A DNA stretch of 64,000 nucleotides, from assembly GCF_009914755.1 (NCBI RefSeq), contig NC_060928.1; one strand, given 5' to 3'. The translations under genes were made by a program, and so were the position numbers. The notes beneath the pieces are model-generated. The model searched no databases and had not been told where the DNA came from. It saw nothing but the letters and a program-made list of their open reading frames with translations. The first letter of the stretch is position 1; every line of letters starts with the position of its first letter. Origin of the DNA: the human T2T-CHM13v2.0 reference genome, Homo sapiens. Shown one piece after another: positions 51,101 through 64,000 of the stretch.

Positions 51101-54100
51101 TGAGGATTTCGTTGGAAACGGGATATCTTCATATAAAATCTAGACAGAAGCATTCTCAGAAACTTCTTTGTGCTGTATGTCCTCAATTAACAGAGTTGAA
51201 CCATTGCTTGGATACAGCATTTTGGAAACATTCCTTGAGTAGAATCTGCAAGTTGATATTTAGATAGATTTGAAGATTTCATTGGAAAAGGGAATATCTC
51301 CATATAAAATCTAGAGGGAAGCATTCTCAGAAACTGCTTTGTGATGTTTCCATTCAAGTCACAGAGTTGAATATTCCCTTTTATAGAGCACGTTTGAAAC
51401 ACTCTTTCTGCACTATCTGGAAGTGGACATTTCGAGCGCTTTGAGGCCTATGGTGAAAAAGGAAATATCTTCCCATAAAAACTAGACAGAAGCATTCTCA
51501 GAAACTTGTTTGTGATGTGTGTATTCAACTAACAGAGTTGAACTTTTGTTTTTACAGAGCCGTTTTAAAACACTCTTTTTGTGGAATCAGAAAGTGGATA
51601 TTCGGATGGCTCTGAGGATTTCGTTGGAAGCGGGATTACATATAAAATCTAGAGAGAAGCATTCTCAGGAACTTCTTTGTGATGTTTGCATTGAAGTCAC
51701 AGAATTGAACATTCACTTTGATAGAGCAGGTTTGAAACACTCATTCTGTAGTATCTGGAAGTGGACATTTCAAGCGCTTTCAGGCCTATGGTGAGAAAGG
51801 AAATATCTTCGAATAAAAACTAGACAGAAGCATCCTCAGAAACTTATTTGTGATGTGTGTCCTCAACTAACAGAGTTGAAACTTTGTTTTGATACAGCAT
51901 TTTGGAAACACTCTTTTTGTAGAATCTGCAGGTGGATATTTGGATAGCTTAGAGGGATTCGTTGGAAAGGGGATATCTTCATATAAAATCTAGACAGAAG
52001 CATTCTCAGAAACTTATTTGTGATGTGTGTCCTCAACTAACAGAGTTGAACCTTGGTTTTGATACAGCATTTTGGAAACACTCCTTTTGTAGAATCTGCA
52101 GGTGGATATGTGGATAGCTCTGAAGATTTCGTTGGAAACGGGAATTTCTTCATATAAAATCAAACAGAAGCATTCTCAGAAACTTCTCAGTGATGTTTGC
52201 ATTCAGCTCATGGAGTTGAACACTTCCTTTCATAGAGCCGGTTTGAAACACTCTTTCTGCACTACCTGGAAGAGGACATTTCGAGCGCTTTGAGTCCTAT
52301 GGTGAAAAAGGAAATATCTTCTCATAAAAACCAGAAAGAAGCATTCTCAGAAACTTCTTTGTGTTGTGTGTACTCATGTAACAGTGTTGAACCATCCTTT
52401 TGACAGAGCAGTTTTGAAACACTCTTTTTGTAGAATCTGCAAGTGGATATTTGGATAGCTTTGAGGATTTCGTTGGAAACGGGATGACATATAATATCTA
52501 GAGAGAAGCATTCTCAGGAACTTCTTTGTGATGTTTGCATTCAAGTCACAGAATTGAACATTCCCTTTCATAGAGCAGGTTTGAAACACTCTTTCTCTAG
52601 TATCTGGAAGTGGGCATTTCAAGCGCTTTCAGGCCTATGGAGAGAAAGGAAATACCTTCAAATAAAAACTAGACAGAAGCATTCTCAGAAACTTATTTGT
52701 GATGTGTGTCCTCAACTAACAGAGTTGAACCTTTGTTTTGATACAGCATTTTGGAAACACTCCTTTTGTAGAATCTGCAGGTGGATATTTGGATAACTTT
52801 GAAGATTTCGTTGGAAACCGGAATATCTTCATATAAAATCAAGACAGAAGCATTCTCGGAAACATCTCTGTGATGTTTGCATTCAACTCAGTAGAGTTGA
52901 ACACTTCCTTTCATAGAGCCGGTTTGAAACACTCTTTCTGCACTACCTGGAAGCGGACATTTCGAGCGCTTTGAGGCCTATGGTGAAAAAGGAAATATCT
53001 TCTCATAAAAACCAGAAAGAAGCATTCTCAGAAACTTCTTTGTGTTGTGTGTACTCAAGTAACAGTGTTGAACCTTCCTTTTGACACAGCAGTTTTGAAA
53101 CACTCTTTTGGTAGAATCTGCAAGTGGATATTTGGATAGCTTTGAGGATTTCGTTGGAAACGGGTTATCTTCATATAAAATCCAGACAGGAGCATTCTCA
53201 GAAACTTCTTTGTGCTGCATGTCCTCAATTCACAGAGCTGAACCTTTGTTTGGATACAGCATTTTGGAAACATTCCTTTAGTAGAATCTGCAAGTTGATA
53301 TTTAGATAGCTTTGAAGATTTCGTTGGAAACGGGAATATCTTCATAGAAAATCTAGACGGAAGCATTCTCAGAAACTGCTTTGTGATGTTTGCATTCAAG
53401 TCACAGAGTTGAATATTCCCTTTTATAGAGTAGGTTTGAAACACTCTTTCGGCACTACCTGGAAGTGGATATTTCGAGCTCTTTGAGGCCTATGGTTAAA
53501 AGGAAATATCTTCCCATAAAAACTAGACAGAAGCCGTCTCAGAAACTTGTTTGTGATGTGTGTATTCAACTAACAGAGTTGAACATTTCTGTTACAGAGC
53601 AATTTTAAAACACTCTTTTTGTGGAATCTGAAAGTGGATAATTGGATAGCTTTGTGGATTTCGTTGGAAACGGGATGACGTATAAAATCTAGAGAGAAGC
53701 ATTCTCAGGAACTTCTTTGTGATGTTTGCATTCAAGTCACAGAATTGAACATTCCCTTTCATAGAGCAGGTTTGAAACACTCTTTCTCTAGTATCTGGAA
53801 GTGGGCATTTCAAGCGCTTTCAGGCCTATGGAGAGAAAGGAAATACCTTCAAATAAAAACTAGACAGAAGCATTCTCAGAAACTTATTTGTGATGTGTGT
53901 CCTCAACGAACAGAGTTGAACCTTTGTTTTGATACAGCATTTTGGAAACACTCCTTTTGTAGGATCTGCAGGTGGATATTTGGATAGATTTTAAGATTTC
54001 GTTGGAAACGGGAGTTTCTTCATAGAAACTCAAGACAGATGCATTCTCAGAAACATCTCTGTGATGTTTGCATTCCACTCATAGATTTGAAAACTTCCTT

Positions 54101-57100
54101 TCATAGAGCAGGTTTGAAACACTCTTTTTGTAATATTTGGAAGTGGACATTTGCAGCGCTTTGAGGCCTATGGTGAAAAAGGAAATATCTTCTCATAAAA
54201 ACAAGAAACAAGCATTCTCAGAAACTTCTTTTTGATGTGTGTACTCAAGTAACAGAGTTGAACCTTCCTTTTGACACAGCAGTTTTGAAACAATCTTTTT
54301 GTAGAATCTGCAAGTGGATATTTGGATAGCTTTGAGGATTTCGTTGGAAACGGGATATCTTCATATAAAATCTAGACAGAAGCTTTCTCAGAAACTTCTT
54401 TGTGCTGTATGTCCTCAATTAACAGAGTTGAACCATTGCTTGGATACAGCATTTTGGAAACATTCCTTGAGTAGAATCTGCAAGTTGATATTTAGATAGA
54501 TTTGAAGATTTCGTTGGAAAAGGGAATATCTCCATATAAAATCTAGAGGGAAGCATTCTCAGAAACTGCTTTGTGATGTTTCCATTCAAGTCACAGAGTT
54601 GAATATTCCCTTTTATAGAGCACGTTTGAAACACTCTTTCTGCACTATCTGGAAGTGGACATTTCGAGCGCTTTGAGGCCTATGGTGAAAAAGGAAATAT
54701 CTTCCCATAAAAACTAGACAGAAGCATTCTCAGAAACTTGTTTGTGATGTGTGTATTCAACTAACAGAGTTGAACTTTTGTTTTTACAGAGCCGTTTTAA
54801 AACACTCTTTTTGTGGAATCAGAAAGTGGATATTCGGATGGCTCTGAGGATTTCGTTGGAAGCGGGATTACATATAAAATCTAGAGAGAAGCATTCTCAG
54901 GAACTTCTTTGTGATGTTTGCATTGAAGTCACAGAATTGAACATTCACTTTGATAGAGCAGGTTTGAAACACTCATTCTGTAGTATCTGGAAGTGGACAT
55001 TTCAAGCGCTTTCAGGCCTATGGTGAGAAAGGAAATATCTTCGAATAAAAACTAGACAGAAGCATCCTCAGAAACTTATTTGTGATGTGTGTCCTCAACT
55101 AACAGAGTTGAAACTTTGTTTTGATACAGCATTTTGGAAACACTCTTTTTGTAGAATCTGCAGGTGGATATTTGGATAGCTTAGAGGGATTCGTTGGAAA
55201 GGGGATATCTTCATATAAAATCTAGACAGAAGCATTCTCAGAAACTTATTTGTGATGTGTGTCCTCAACTAACAGAGTTGAACCTTGGTTTTGATACAGC
55301 ATTTTGGAAACACTCCTTTTGTAGAATCTGCAGGTGGATATGTGGATAGCTCTGAAGATTTCGTTGGAAACGGGAATTTCTTCATATAAAATCAAACAGA
55401 AGCATTCTCAGAAACTTCTCAGTGATGTTTGCATTCAGCTCATGGAGTTGAACACTTCCTTTCATAGAGCCGGTTTGAAACACTCTTTCTGCACTACCTG
55501 GAAGAGGACATTTCGAGCGCTTTGAGTCCTATGGTGAAAAAGGAAATATCTTCTCATAAAAACCAGAAAGAAGCATTCTCAGAAATTTCTTTGTGTTGTG
55601 TGTACTCATGTAACAGTGTTGAACCATCCTTTTGACAGAGCAGTTTTGAAACACTCTTTTTGTAGAATCTGCAAGTGGATATTTGGATAGCTTTGAGGAT
55701 TTCGTTGGAAACGGGATGACATATAATATCTAGAGAGAAGCATTCTCAGGAACTTCTTTGTGATGTTTGCATTCAAGTCACAGAATTGAACATTCCCTTT
55801 CATAGAGCAGGTTTGAAACACTCTTTCTCTAGTATCTGGAAGTGGGCATTTCAAGCGCTTTCAGGCCTATGGAGAGAAAGGAAATACCTTCAAATAAAAA
55901 CTAGACAGAAGCATTCTCAGAAACTTATTTGTGATGTGTGTCCTCAACTAACAGAGTTGAACCTTTGTTTTGATACAGCATTTTGGAAACAATCCTTTTG
56001 TAGAATCTGCAGGTGGATATTTGGATAACTTTGAAGATTTCATTGGAAACCGGAATATCTTCATATAAAATCAAGACAGAAGCATTCTCGGAAACATCTC
56101 TGTGATGTTTGCATTCAACTCAGTAGAGTTGAACACTTCCTTTCATAGAGCCGGTTTGAAACACTCTTTCTGCACTACCTGGAAGCGGACATTTCGAGCG
56201 CTTTGAGGCCTATGGTGAAAAAGGAAATATCTTCTCATAAAAACCAGAAAGAAGCATTCTCAGAAACTTCTTTGTGTTGTGTGTACTCAAGTAACAGTGT
56301 TGAACCTTCCTTTTGACACAGCAGTTTTGAAACACTCTTTTGGTAGAATCTGCAAGTGGATATTTGGATAGCTTTGAGGATTTCGTTGGAAACGGGTTAT
56401 CTTCATATAAAATCCAGACAGGAGCATTCTCAGAAACTTCTTTGTGCTGCATGTCCTCAATTCACAGAGCTGAACCTTTGTTTGGATACAGCATTTTGGA
56501 AACATTCCTTTAGTAGAATCTGCAAGTTGATATTTAGATAGCTTTGAAGATTTCGTTGGAAACGGGAATATCTTCATAGAAAATCTAGACGGAAGCATTC
56601 TCAGAAACTGCTTTGTGATGTTTGCATTCAAGTCACAGAGTTGAATATTCCCTTTTATAGAGTAGGTTTGAAACACTCTTTCGGCACTACCTGGAAGTGG
56701 ATATTTCGAGCTCTTTGAGGCCTATGGTTAAAAGGAAATATCTTCCCATAAAAACTAGACAGAAGCCGTCTCAGAAACTTGTTTGTGATGTGTGTATTCA
56801 ACTAACAGAGTTGAACATTTCTGTTACAGAGCAATTTTAAAACACTCTTTTTGTGGAATCTGAAAGTGGATAATTGGATAGCTTTGTGGATTTCGTTGGA
56901 AACGGGATGACGTATAAAATCTAGAGAGAAGCATTCTCAGGAACTTCTTTGTGATGTTTGCATTCAAGTCACAGAATTGAACATTCCCTTTCATAGAGCA
57001 GGTTTGAAACACTCTTTCTCTAGTATCTGGAAGTGGGCATTTCAAGCGCTTTCAGGCCTATGGAGAGAAAGGAAATACCTTCAAATAAAAACTAGACAGA

Positions 57101-60100
57101 AGCATTCTCAGAAACTTATTTGTGATGTGTGTCCTCAACTAACAGAGTTGAACCTTTGTTTTGATACAGCATTTTGGAAACACTCCTTTTGTAGGATCTG
57201 CAGGTGGATATTTGGATAGATTTTAAGATTTCGTTGGAAACGGGAGTTTCTTCATAGAAACTCAAGACAGATGCATTCTCAGAAACATCTCTGTGATGTT
57301 TGCATTCCACTCATAGAGTTGAAAACTTCCTTTCATAGAGCAGGTTTGAAACACTCTTTTTGTAATATTTGGAAGTGGACATTTGCAGCGCTTTGAGGCC
57401 TATGGTGAAAAAGGAAATATCTTCTCATAAAAACAAGAAACAAGCATTCTCAGAAACTTCTTTTTGATGTGTGTACTCAAGTAACAGAGTTGAACCTTCC
57501 TTTTGACACAGCAGTTTTGAAACAATCTTTTTGTAGAATCTGCAAGTGGATATTTGGATAGCTTTGAGGATTTCGTTGGAAACGGGATATCTTCATATAA
57601 AATCTAGACAGAAGCTTTCTCAGAAACTTCTTTGTGCTGTATGTCCTCAATTAACAGAGTTGAACCATTGCTTGGATACAGCATTTTGGAAACATTCCTT
57701 GAGTAGAATCTGCAAGTTGATATTTAGATAGATTTGAAGATTTCGTTGGAAAAGGGAATATCTCCATATAAAATCTAGAGGGAAGCATTCTCAGAAACTG
57801 CTTTGTGATGTTTCCATTCAAGTCACAGAGTTGAATATTCCCTTTTATAGAGCACGTTTGAAACACTCTTTCTGCACTATCTGGAAGTGGACATTTCGAG
57901 CGCTTTGAGGCCTATGGTGAAAAAGGAAATATCTTCCCATAAAAACTAGACAGAAGCATTCTCAGAAACTTGTTTGTGATGTGTGTATTCAACTAACAGA
58001 GTTGAACTTTTGTTTTTACAGAGCCGTTTTAAAACACTCTTTTTGTGGAATCAGAAAGTGGATATTCGGATGGCTCTGAGGATTTCGTTGGAAGCGGGAT
58101 TACATATAAAATCTAGAGAGAAGCATTCTCAGGAACTTCTTTGTGATGTTTGCATTGAAGTCACAGAATTGAACATTCACTTTGATAGAGCAGGTTTGAA
58201 ACACTCATTCTGTAGTATCTGGAAGTGGACATTTCAAGCGCTTTCAGGCCTATGGTGAGAAAGGAAATATCTTCGAATAAAAACTAGACAGAAGCATCCT
58301 CAGAAACTTATTTGTGATGTGTGTCCTCAACTAACAGAGTTGAAACTTTGTTTTGATACAGCATTTTGGAAACACTCTTTTTGTAGAATCTGCAGGTGGA
58401 TATTTGGATAGCTTAGAGGGATTCGTTGGAAAGGGGATATCTTCATATAAAATCTAGACAGAAGCATTCTCAGAAACTTATTTGTGATGTGTGTCCTCAA
58501 CTAACAGAGTTGAACCTTGGTTTTGATACAGCATTTTGGAAACACTCCTTTTGTAGAATCTGCAGGTGGATATGTGGATAGCTCTGAAGATTTCGTTGGA
58601 AACGGGAATTTCTTCATATAAAATCAAACAGAAGCATTCTCAGAAACTTCTCAGTGATGTTTGCATTCAGCTCATGGAGTTGAACACTTCCTTTCATAGA
58701 GCCGGTTTGAAACACTCTTTCTGCACTACCTGGAAGAGGACATTTCGAGCGCTTTGAGTCCTATGGTGAAAAAGGAAATATCTTCTCATAAAAACCAGAA
58801 AGAAGCATTCTCAGAAACTTCTTTGTGTTGTGTGTACTCATGTAACAGTGTTGAACCATCCTTTTGACAGAGCAGTTTTGAAACACTCTTTTTGTAGAAT
58901 CTGCAAGTGGATATTTGGATAGCTTTGAGGATTTCGTTGGAAACGGGATGACATATAATATCTAGAGAGAAGCATTCTCAGGAACTTCTTTGTGATGTTT
59001 GCATTCAAGTCACAGAATTGAACATTCCCTTTCATAGAGCAGGTTTGAAACACTCTTTCTCTAGTATCTGGAAGTGGGCATTTCAAGCGCTTTCAGGCCT
59101 ATGGAGAGAAAGGAAATACCTTCAAATAAAAACTAGACAGAAGCATTCTCAGAAACTTATTTGTGATGTGTGTCCTCAACTAACAGAGTTGAACCTTTGT
59201 TTTGATACAGCATTTTGGAAACACTCCTTTTGTAGAATCTGCAGGTGGATATTTGGATAACTTTGAAGATTTCGTTGGAAACCGGAATATCTTCATATAA
59301 AATCAAGACAGAAGCATTCTCGGAAACATCTCTGTGATGTTTGCATTCAACTCAGTAGAGTTGAACACTTCCTTTCATAGAGCCGGTTTGAAACACTCTT
59401 TCTGCACTACCTGGAAGCGGACATTTCGAGCGCTTTGAGGCCTATGGTGAAAAAGGAAATATCTTCTCATAAAAACCAGAAAGAAGCATTCTCAGAAACT
59501 TCTTTGTGTTGTGTGTACTCAAGTAACAGTGTTGAACCTTCCTTTTGACACAGCAGTTTTGAAACACTCTTTTGGTAGAATCTGCAAGTGGATATTTGGA
59601 TAGCTTTGAGGATTTCGTTGGAAACGGGTTATCTTCATATAAAATCCAGACAGGAGCATTCTCAGAAACTTCTTTGTGCTGCATGTCCTCAATTCACAGA
59701 GCTGAACCTTTGTTTGGATACAGCATTTTGGAAACATTCCTTTAGTAGAATCTGCAAGTTGATATTTAGATAGCTTTGAAGATTTCGTTGGAAACGGGAA
59801 TATCTTCATAGAAAATCTAGACGGAAGCATTCTCAGAAACTGCTTTGTGATGTTTGCATTCAAGTCACAGAGTTGAATATTCCCTTTTATAGAGTAGGTT
59901 TGAAACACTCTTTCGGCACTACCTGGAAGTGGATATTTCGAGCTCTTTGAGGCCTATGGTTAAAAGGAAATATCTTCCCATAAAAACTAGACAGAAGCCG
60001 TCTCAGAAACTTGTTTGTGATGTGTGTATTCAACTACCAGAGTTGAACATTTCTGTTACAGAGCAATTTTAAAACACTCTTTTTGTGGAATCTGAAAGTG

Positions 60101-63100
60101 GATAATTGGATAGCTTTGTGGATTTCGTTGGAAACGGGATGACGTATAAAATCTAGAGAGAAGCATTCTCAGGAACTTCTTTCTGATGTTTGCATTCAAG
60201 TCACAGAATTGAACATTCCTTTTCATAGTGCAGGTTTGAAACACTCTTTCTGTAGTATCTGGAAGTGGACATTTCAAGCGCTTTCAGGCCTACGGGGAGA
60301 AAGGAAATATCTTCAAATAAAAACTAGACAGAAGGATTCTCAGAAACTTATTTGTGATGTGTGTCCTAAACGAACACAGTTGAACCTTTGTTTTGATACA
60401 GCATTTTGGAAACACTCCTTTTGTAGGATCTGCAGGTGGATATTTGGATAGATTTTAAGATTTCGTTGGAAACGGGAGTTTCTTCATAGAAACTCAAGAC
60501 AGATGCATTCTCAGAAACATCTCTGTGATGTTTGCATTCCACTCATAGAGTTGAAAACTTCCTTTCATAGAGCAGGTTTGAAACACTCTTTTTGTAATAT
60601 TTGGAAGTGGACATTTGCAGCGCTTTGAGGCCTATGGTGAAAAAGGAAATATCTTCTCATAAAAACCAGAAACAAGCATTCTCAGAAACTTCTTTTTGAT
60701 GTGTGTACTCAAGTAACAGAGTTGAACCTTCCTTTTGACACAGCAGTTTTGAAACAATCTTTTTGTAGAATCTGCAAGTGGATATTTGGATAGCTTTGAG
60801 GATTTCGTTGGAAACGGGATATCTTCATATAAAATCTAGACAGAAGCATTCTCAGAAACTTCTTTGTGCTGTATGTCCTCAATTAACAGAGTTGAACCAT
60901 TGCTTGGATACAGCATTTTGGAAACATTCCTTGAGTAGAATCTGCAAGTTGATATTTAGATAGATTTGAAGATTTCGTTGGAAAAGGGAATATCTCCATA
61001 GAAAATCTAGAGGGAAGCATTCTCAGAAACTGCTTTGTGATGTTTCCATTCAAGTCACAGAGTTGAATATTCCCTTTTATAGAGCACGTTTGAAACACTC
61101 TTTCTGCACTATCTGGAAGTGGACATTTCGAGCGCTTTGAGGCCTATGGTGAAAAAGGAAATATCTTCCCATAAAAACTAGACAGAAGCATTCTCAGAAA
61201 CTTGTTTGTGATGTGTGTATTCAACTAACAGAGTTGAACTTTTGTTTTTACAGAGCCGTTTTAAAACACTCTTTTTGTGGAATCAGAAAGTGGATATTCG
61301 GATGGCTCTGAGGATTTCGTTGGAAGCGGGATTACATATAAAATCTAGAGAGAAGCATTCTCAGGAACTTCTTTGTGATGTTTGCATTGAAGTCACAGAA
61401 TTGAACATTCACTTTGATAGAGCAGGTTTGAAACACTCATTCTGTAGTATCTGGAAGTGGACATTTCAAGCGCTTTCAGGCCTATGGTGAGAAAGGAAAT
61501 ATCTTCGAATAAAAACTAGACAGAAGCATCCTCAGAAACTTATTTGTGATGTGTGTCCTCAACTAACAGAGTTGAAACTTTGTTTTGATACAGCATTTTG
61601 GAAACACTCTTTTTGTAGAATCTGCAGGTGGATATTTGGATAGCTTAGAGGGATTCGTTGGAAAGGGGATATCTTCATATAAAATCTAGACAGAAGCATT
61701 CTCAGAAACTTATTTGTGATGTGTGTCCTCAACTAACAGAGTTGAACCTTGGTTTTGATACAGCATTTTGGAAACACTCCTTTTGTAGAATCTGCAGGTG
61801 GATATGTGGATAGCTCTGAAGATTTCGTTGGAAACGGGAATTTCTTCATATAAAATCAAACAGAAGCATTCTCAGAAACTTCTCAGTGATGTTTGCATTC
61901 AGCTCATGGAGTTGAACACTTCCTTTCATAGAGCCGGTTTGAAACACTCTTTCTGCACTACCTGGAAGAGGACATTTCGAGCGCTTTGAGTCCTATGGTG
62001 AAAAAGGAAATATCTTCTCATAAAAACCAGAAAGAAGCATTCTCAGAAACTTCTTTGTGTTGTGTGTACTCATGTAACAGTGTTGAACCATCCTTTTGAC
62101 AGAGCAGTTTTGAAACACTCTTTTTGTAGAATCTGCAAGTGGATATTTGGATAGCTTTGAGGATTTCGTTGGAAACGGGATGACATATAATATCTAGAGA
62201 GAAGCATACTCAGGAACTTCTTTGTGATGTTTGCATTCAAGTCACAGAATTGAACATTCCCTTTCATAGAGCAGGTTTGAAACACTCTTTCTCTAGTATC
62301 TGGAAGTGGGCATTTCAAGCGCTTTCAGGCCTATGGAGAGAAAGGAAATACCTTCAAATAAAAACTAGACAGAAGCATTCTCAGAAACTTATTTGTGATA
62401 TGTGTCCTCTACTAACAGAGTTGAACCTTTGTTTTGATACAGCATTTTGGAAACACTCCTTTTGTAGAATCTGCAGGTGGATATTTGGATAACTTTGAAG
62501 ATTTCGTTGGAAACCGGAATATCTTCATATAAAATCAAGACAGAAGCATTCTCGGAAACATCTCTGTGATGTTTGCATTCAACTCAGTAGAGTTGAACAC
62601 TTCCTTTCATAGAGCAGGTTTGAAACACTCTTTCTGCACTACCTGGAAGCGGACATTTCGAGCGCTTTGAGGCCTATGGTGAAAAAGGAAATATCTTCTC
62701 ATAAAAACCAGAAAGAAGCATTCTCAGAAACTTCTTTGTGTTGTGTGTACTCAAGTAACAGTGTTGAACCTTCCTTTTGACACAGCAGTTTTGAAACACT
62801 CTTTTGGTAGAATCTGCAAGTGGATATTTGGATAGCTTTGAGGATTTCGTTGGAAACGGGTTATCTTCATATAAAATCCAGACAGGAGCATTCTCAGAAA
62901 CTTCTTTGTGCTGCATGTCCTCAATTCACAGAGCTGAACCTTTGTTTGGATACAGCATTTTGGAAACATTCCTTTAGTAGAATCTGCAAGTTGATATTTA
63001 GATAGCTTTGAAGATTTCGTTGGAAACGGGAATATCTTCATAGAAAATCTAGACGGAAGCATTCTCAGAAACTGCTTTGTGATGTTTGCATTCAAGTCAC

Positions 63101-64000
63101 AGAGTTGAATATTCCCTTTTATAGAGTAGGTTTGAAACACTCTTTCGGCACTACCTGGAAGTGGATATTTCGAGCTCTTTGAGGCCTATGGTTAAAAGGA
63201 AATATCTTCCCATAAAAACTAGACAGAAGCCGTCTCAGAAACTTGTTTGTGATGTGTGTATTCAACTACCAGAGTTGAACATTTCTGTTACAGAGCAATT
63301 TTAAAACACTCTTTTTGTGGAATCTGAAAGTGGATAATTGGATAGCTTTGTGGATTTCGTTGGAAACGGGATGACGTATAAAATCTAGAGAGAAGCATTC
63401 TCAGGAACTTCTTTCTGATGTTTGCATTCAAGTCACAGAATTGAACATTCCTTTTCATAGTGCAGGTTTGAAACACTCTTTCTGTAGTATCTGGAAGTGG
63501 ACATTTCAAGCGCTTTCAGGCCTACGGGGAGAAAGGAAATATCTTCAAATAAAAACTAGACAGAAGGATTCTCAGAAACTTATTTGTGATGTGTGTCCTA
63601 AACGAACACAGTTGAACCTTTGTTTTGATACAGCATTTTGGAAACACTCCTTTTGTAGGATCTGCAGGTGGATATTTGGATAGATTTTAAGATTTCGTTG
63701 GAAACGGGAGTTTCTTCATAGAAACTCAAGACAGATGCATTCTCAGAAACATCTCTGTGATGTTTGCATTCCACTCATAGAGTTGAAAACTTCCTTTCAT
63801 AGAGCAGGTTTGAAACACTCTTTTTGTAATATTTGGAAGTGGACATTTGCAGCGCTTTGAGGCCTATGGTGAAAAAGGAAATATCTTCTCATAAAAACCA
63901 GAAACAAGCATTCTCAGAAACTTCTTTTTGATGTGTGTACTCAAGTAACAGAGTTGAACCTTCCTTTTGACACAGCAGTTTTGAAACAATCTTTTTGTAG

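Larger units (their letters stand above)
1..64000 (+). repeat. Alpha-satellite higher-order repeat array (19-mer, 3232 bp), most likely the human chromosome 4 active centromeric array D4Z1 (S2C4H1L)
   Basis: CATTCTCAGAAACT...GTTGAAC...TTTGAAACACTC monomer motifs recur every 166-172 bp. Landmarks repeat every 3232 bp (ORF starts 395, 3627, 6859, 10091...). CENP-B boxes are frequent. The alpha-satellite HOR call is direct; the chr4 assignment rests on recalled HOR size and monomer number. Confidence 0.95.

Noticed and set aside
13052-51830. A perfect, continuing 6-HOR super-period
   Set aside because: Only H6-H7/H12-H13 match. H5/H11 differ at several sites, and H8/H14 and H4/H10 carry different haplotypes.
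957-62410. Singleton substitutions (e.g. near 957, 10577, 29552, 48598, 55586, 55992, 62410)
   Set aside because: Cannot be distinguished from sequencing or consensus error without reads, and show no pattern.
395-63683. Repeating 61-129 aa ORFs on both strands
   Set aside because: These are chance translations of alpha satellite. They overlap on opposite strands, several use non-ATG starts, they recur with the 3232-bp period and they have no recognisable domain. Useful only as SNP reporters.
1-64000. CRISPR-like repeat/spacer array or a novel prokaryotic system
   Set aside because: There are no unique spacers; whole monomers are homologous and repeat as a HOR. No cas or other genes are present.
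1-64000. L1/Alu insertion, inversion or HOR with altered monomer number
   Set aside because: Landmark spacing is always 3230-3232 bp on the same strand, leaving no room for insertions or monomer gain or loss.
1-64000. Identification as the kinetochore site (centromere dip region)
   Set aside because: This is defined by CENP-A and hypomethylation and cannot be read from sequence.

Overview
The whole 64 kb window is primate (human-type) centromeric alpha-satellite DNA in one uninterrupted head-to-tail orientation. ~171-bp monomers are organised into a 3232-bp, 19-monomer higher-order repeat (HOR), present in about 19.8 near-identical copies. Unit starts H1-H20 (at the CATCCTCAGAAAC monomer): 124, 3356, 6588, 9820, 13052, 16284, 19516, 22746, 25978, 29210, 32442, 35674, 38906, 42135, 45367, 48599, 51831, 55063, 58295, 61527. 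A 19-mer of 3.2 kb with dense CENP-B boxes best fits the active chromosome 4 array D4Z1 (SF2, S2C4H1L); this is from recall, not a database search. Each HOR has 11 B-type and 8 A-type monomers, with 8 intact and 3 degenerate CENP-B boxes. I saw no genes, transposon insertions, inversions or monomer-number variants, and the supplied ORFs are satellite translation artefacts. I found no new gene-encoded system. The interesting signal is evolutionary structure: the HOR derives from a 7-mer; monomers 5-6 have been copied out of register onto monomers 12-13, apparently more than once; shared-variant blocks recur at 6-HOR and 2-HOR spacing; and TTCG loss is concentrated in already-dead CENP-B boxes. 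All variants were read by eye.
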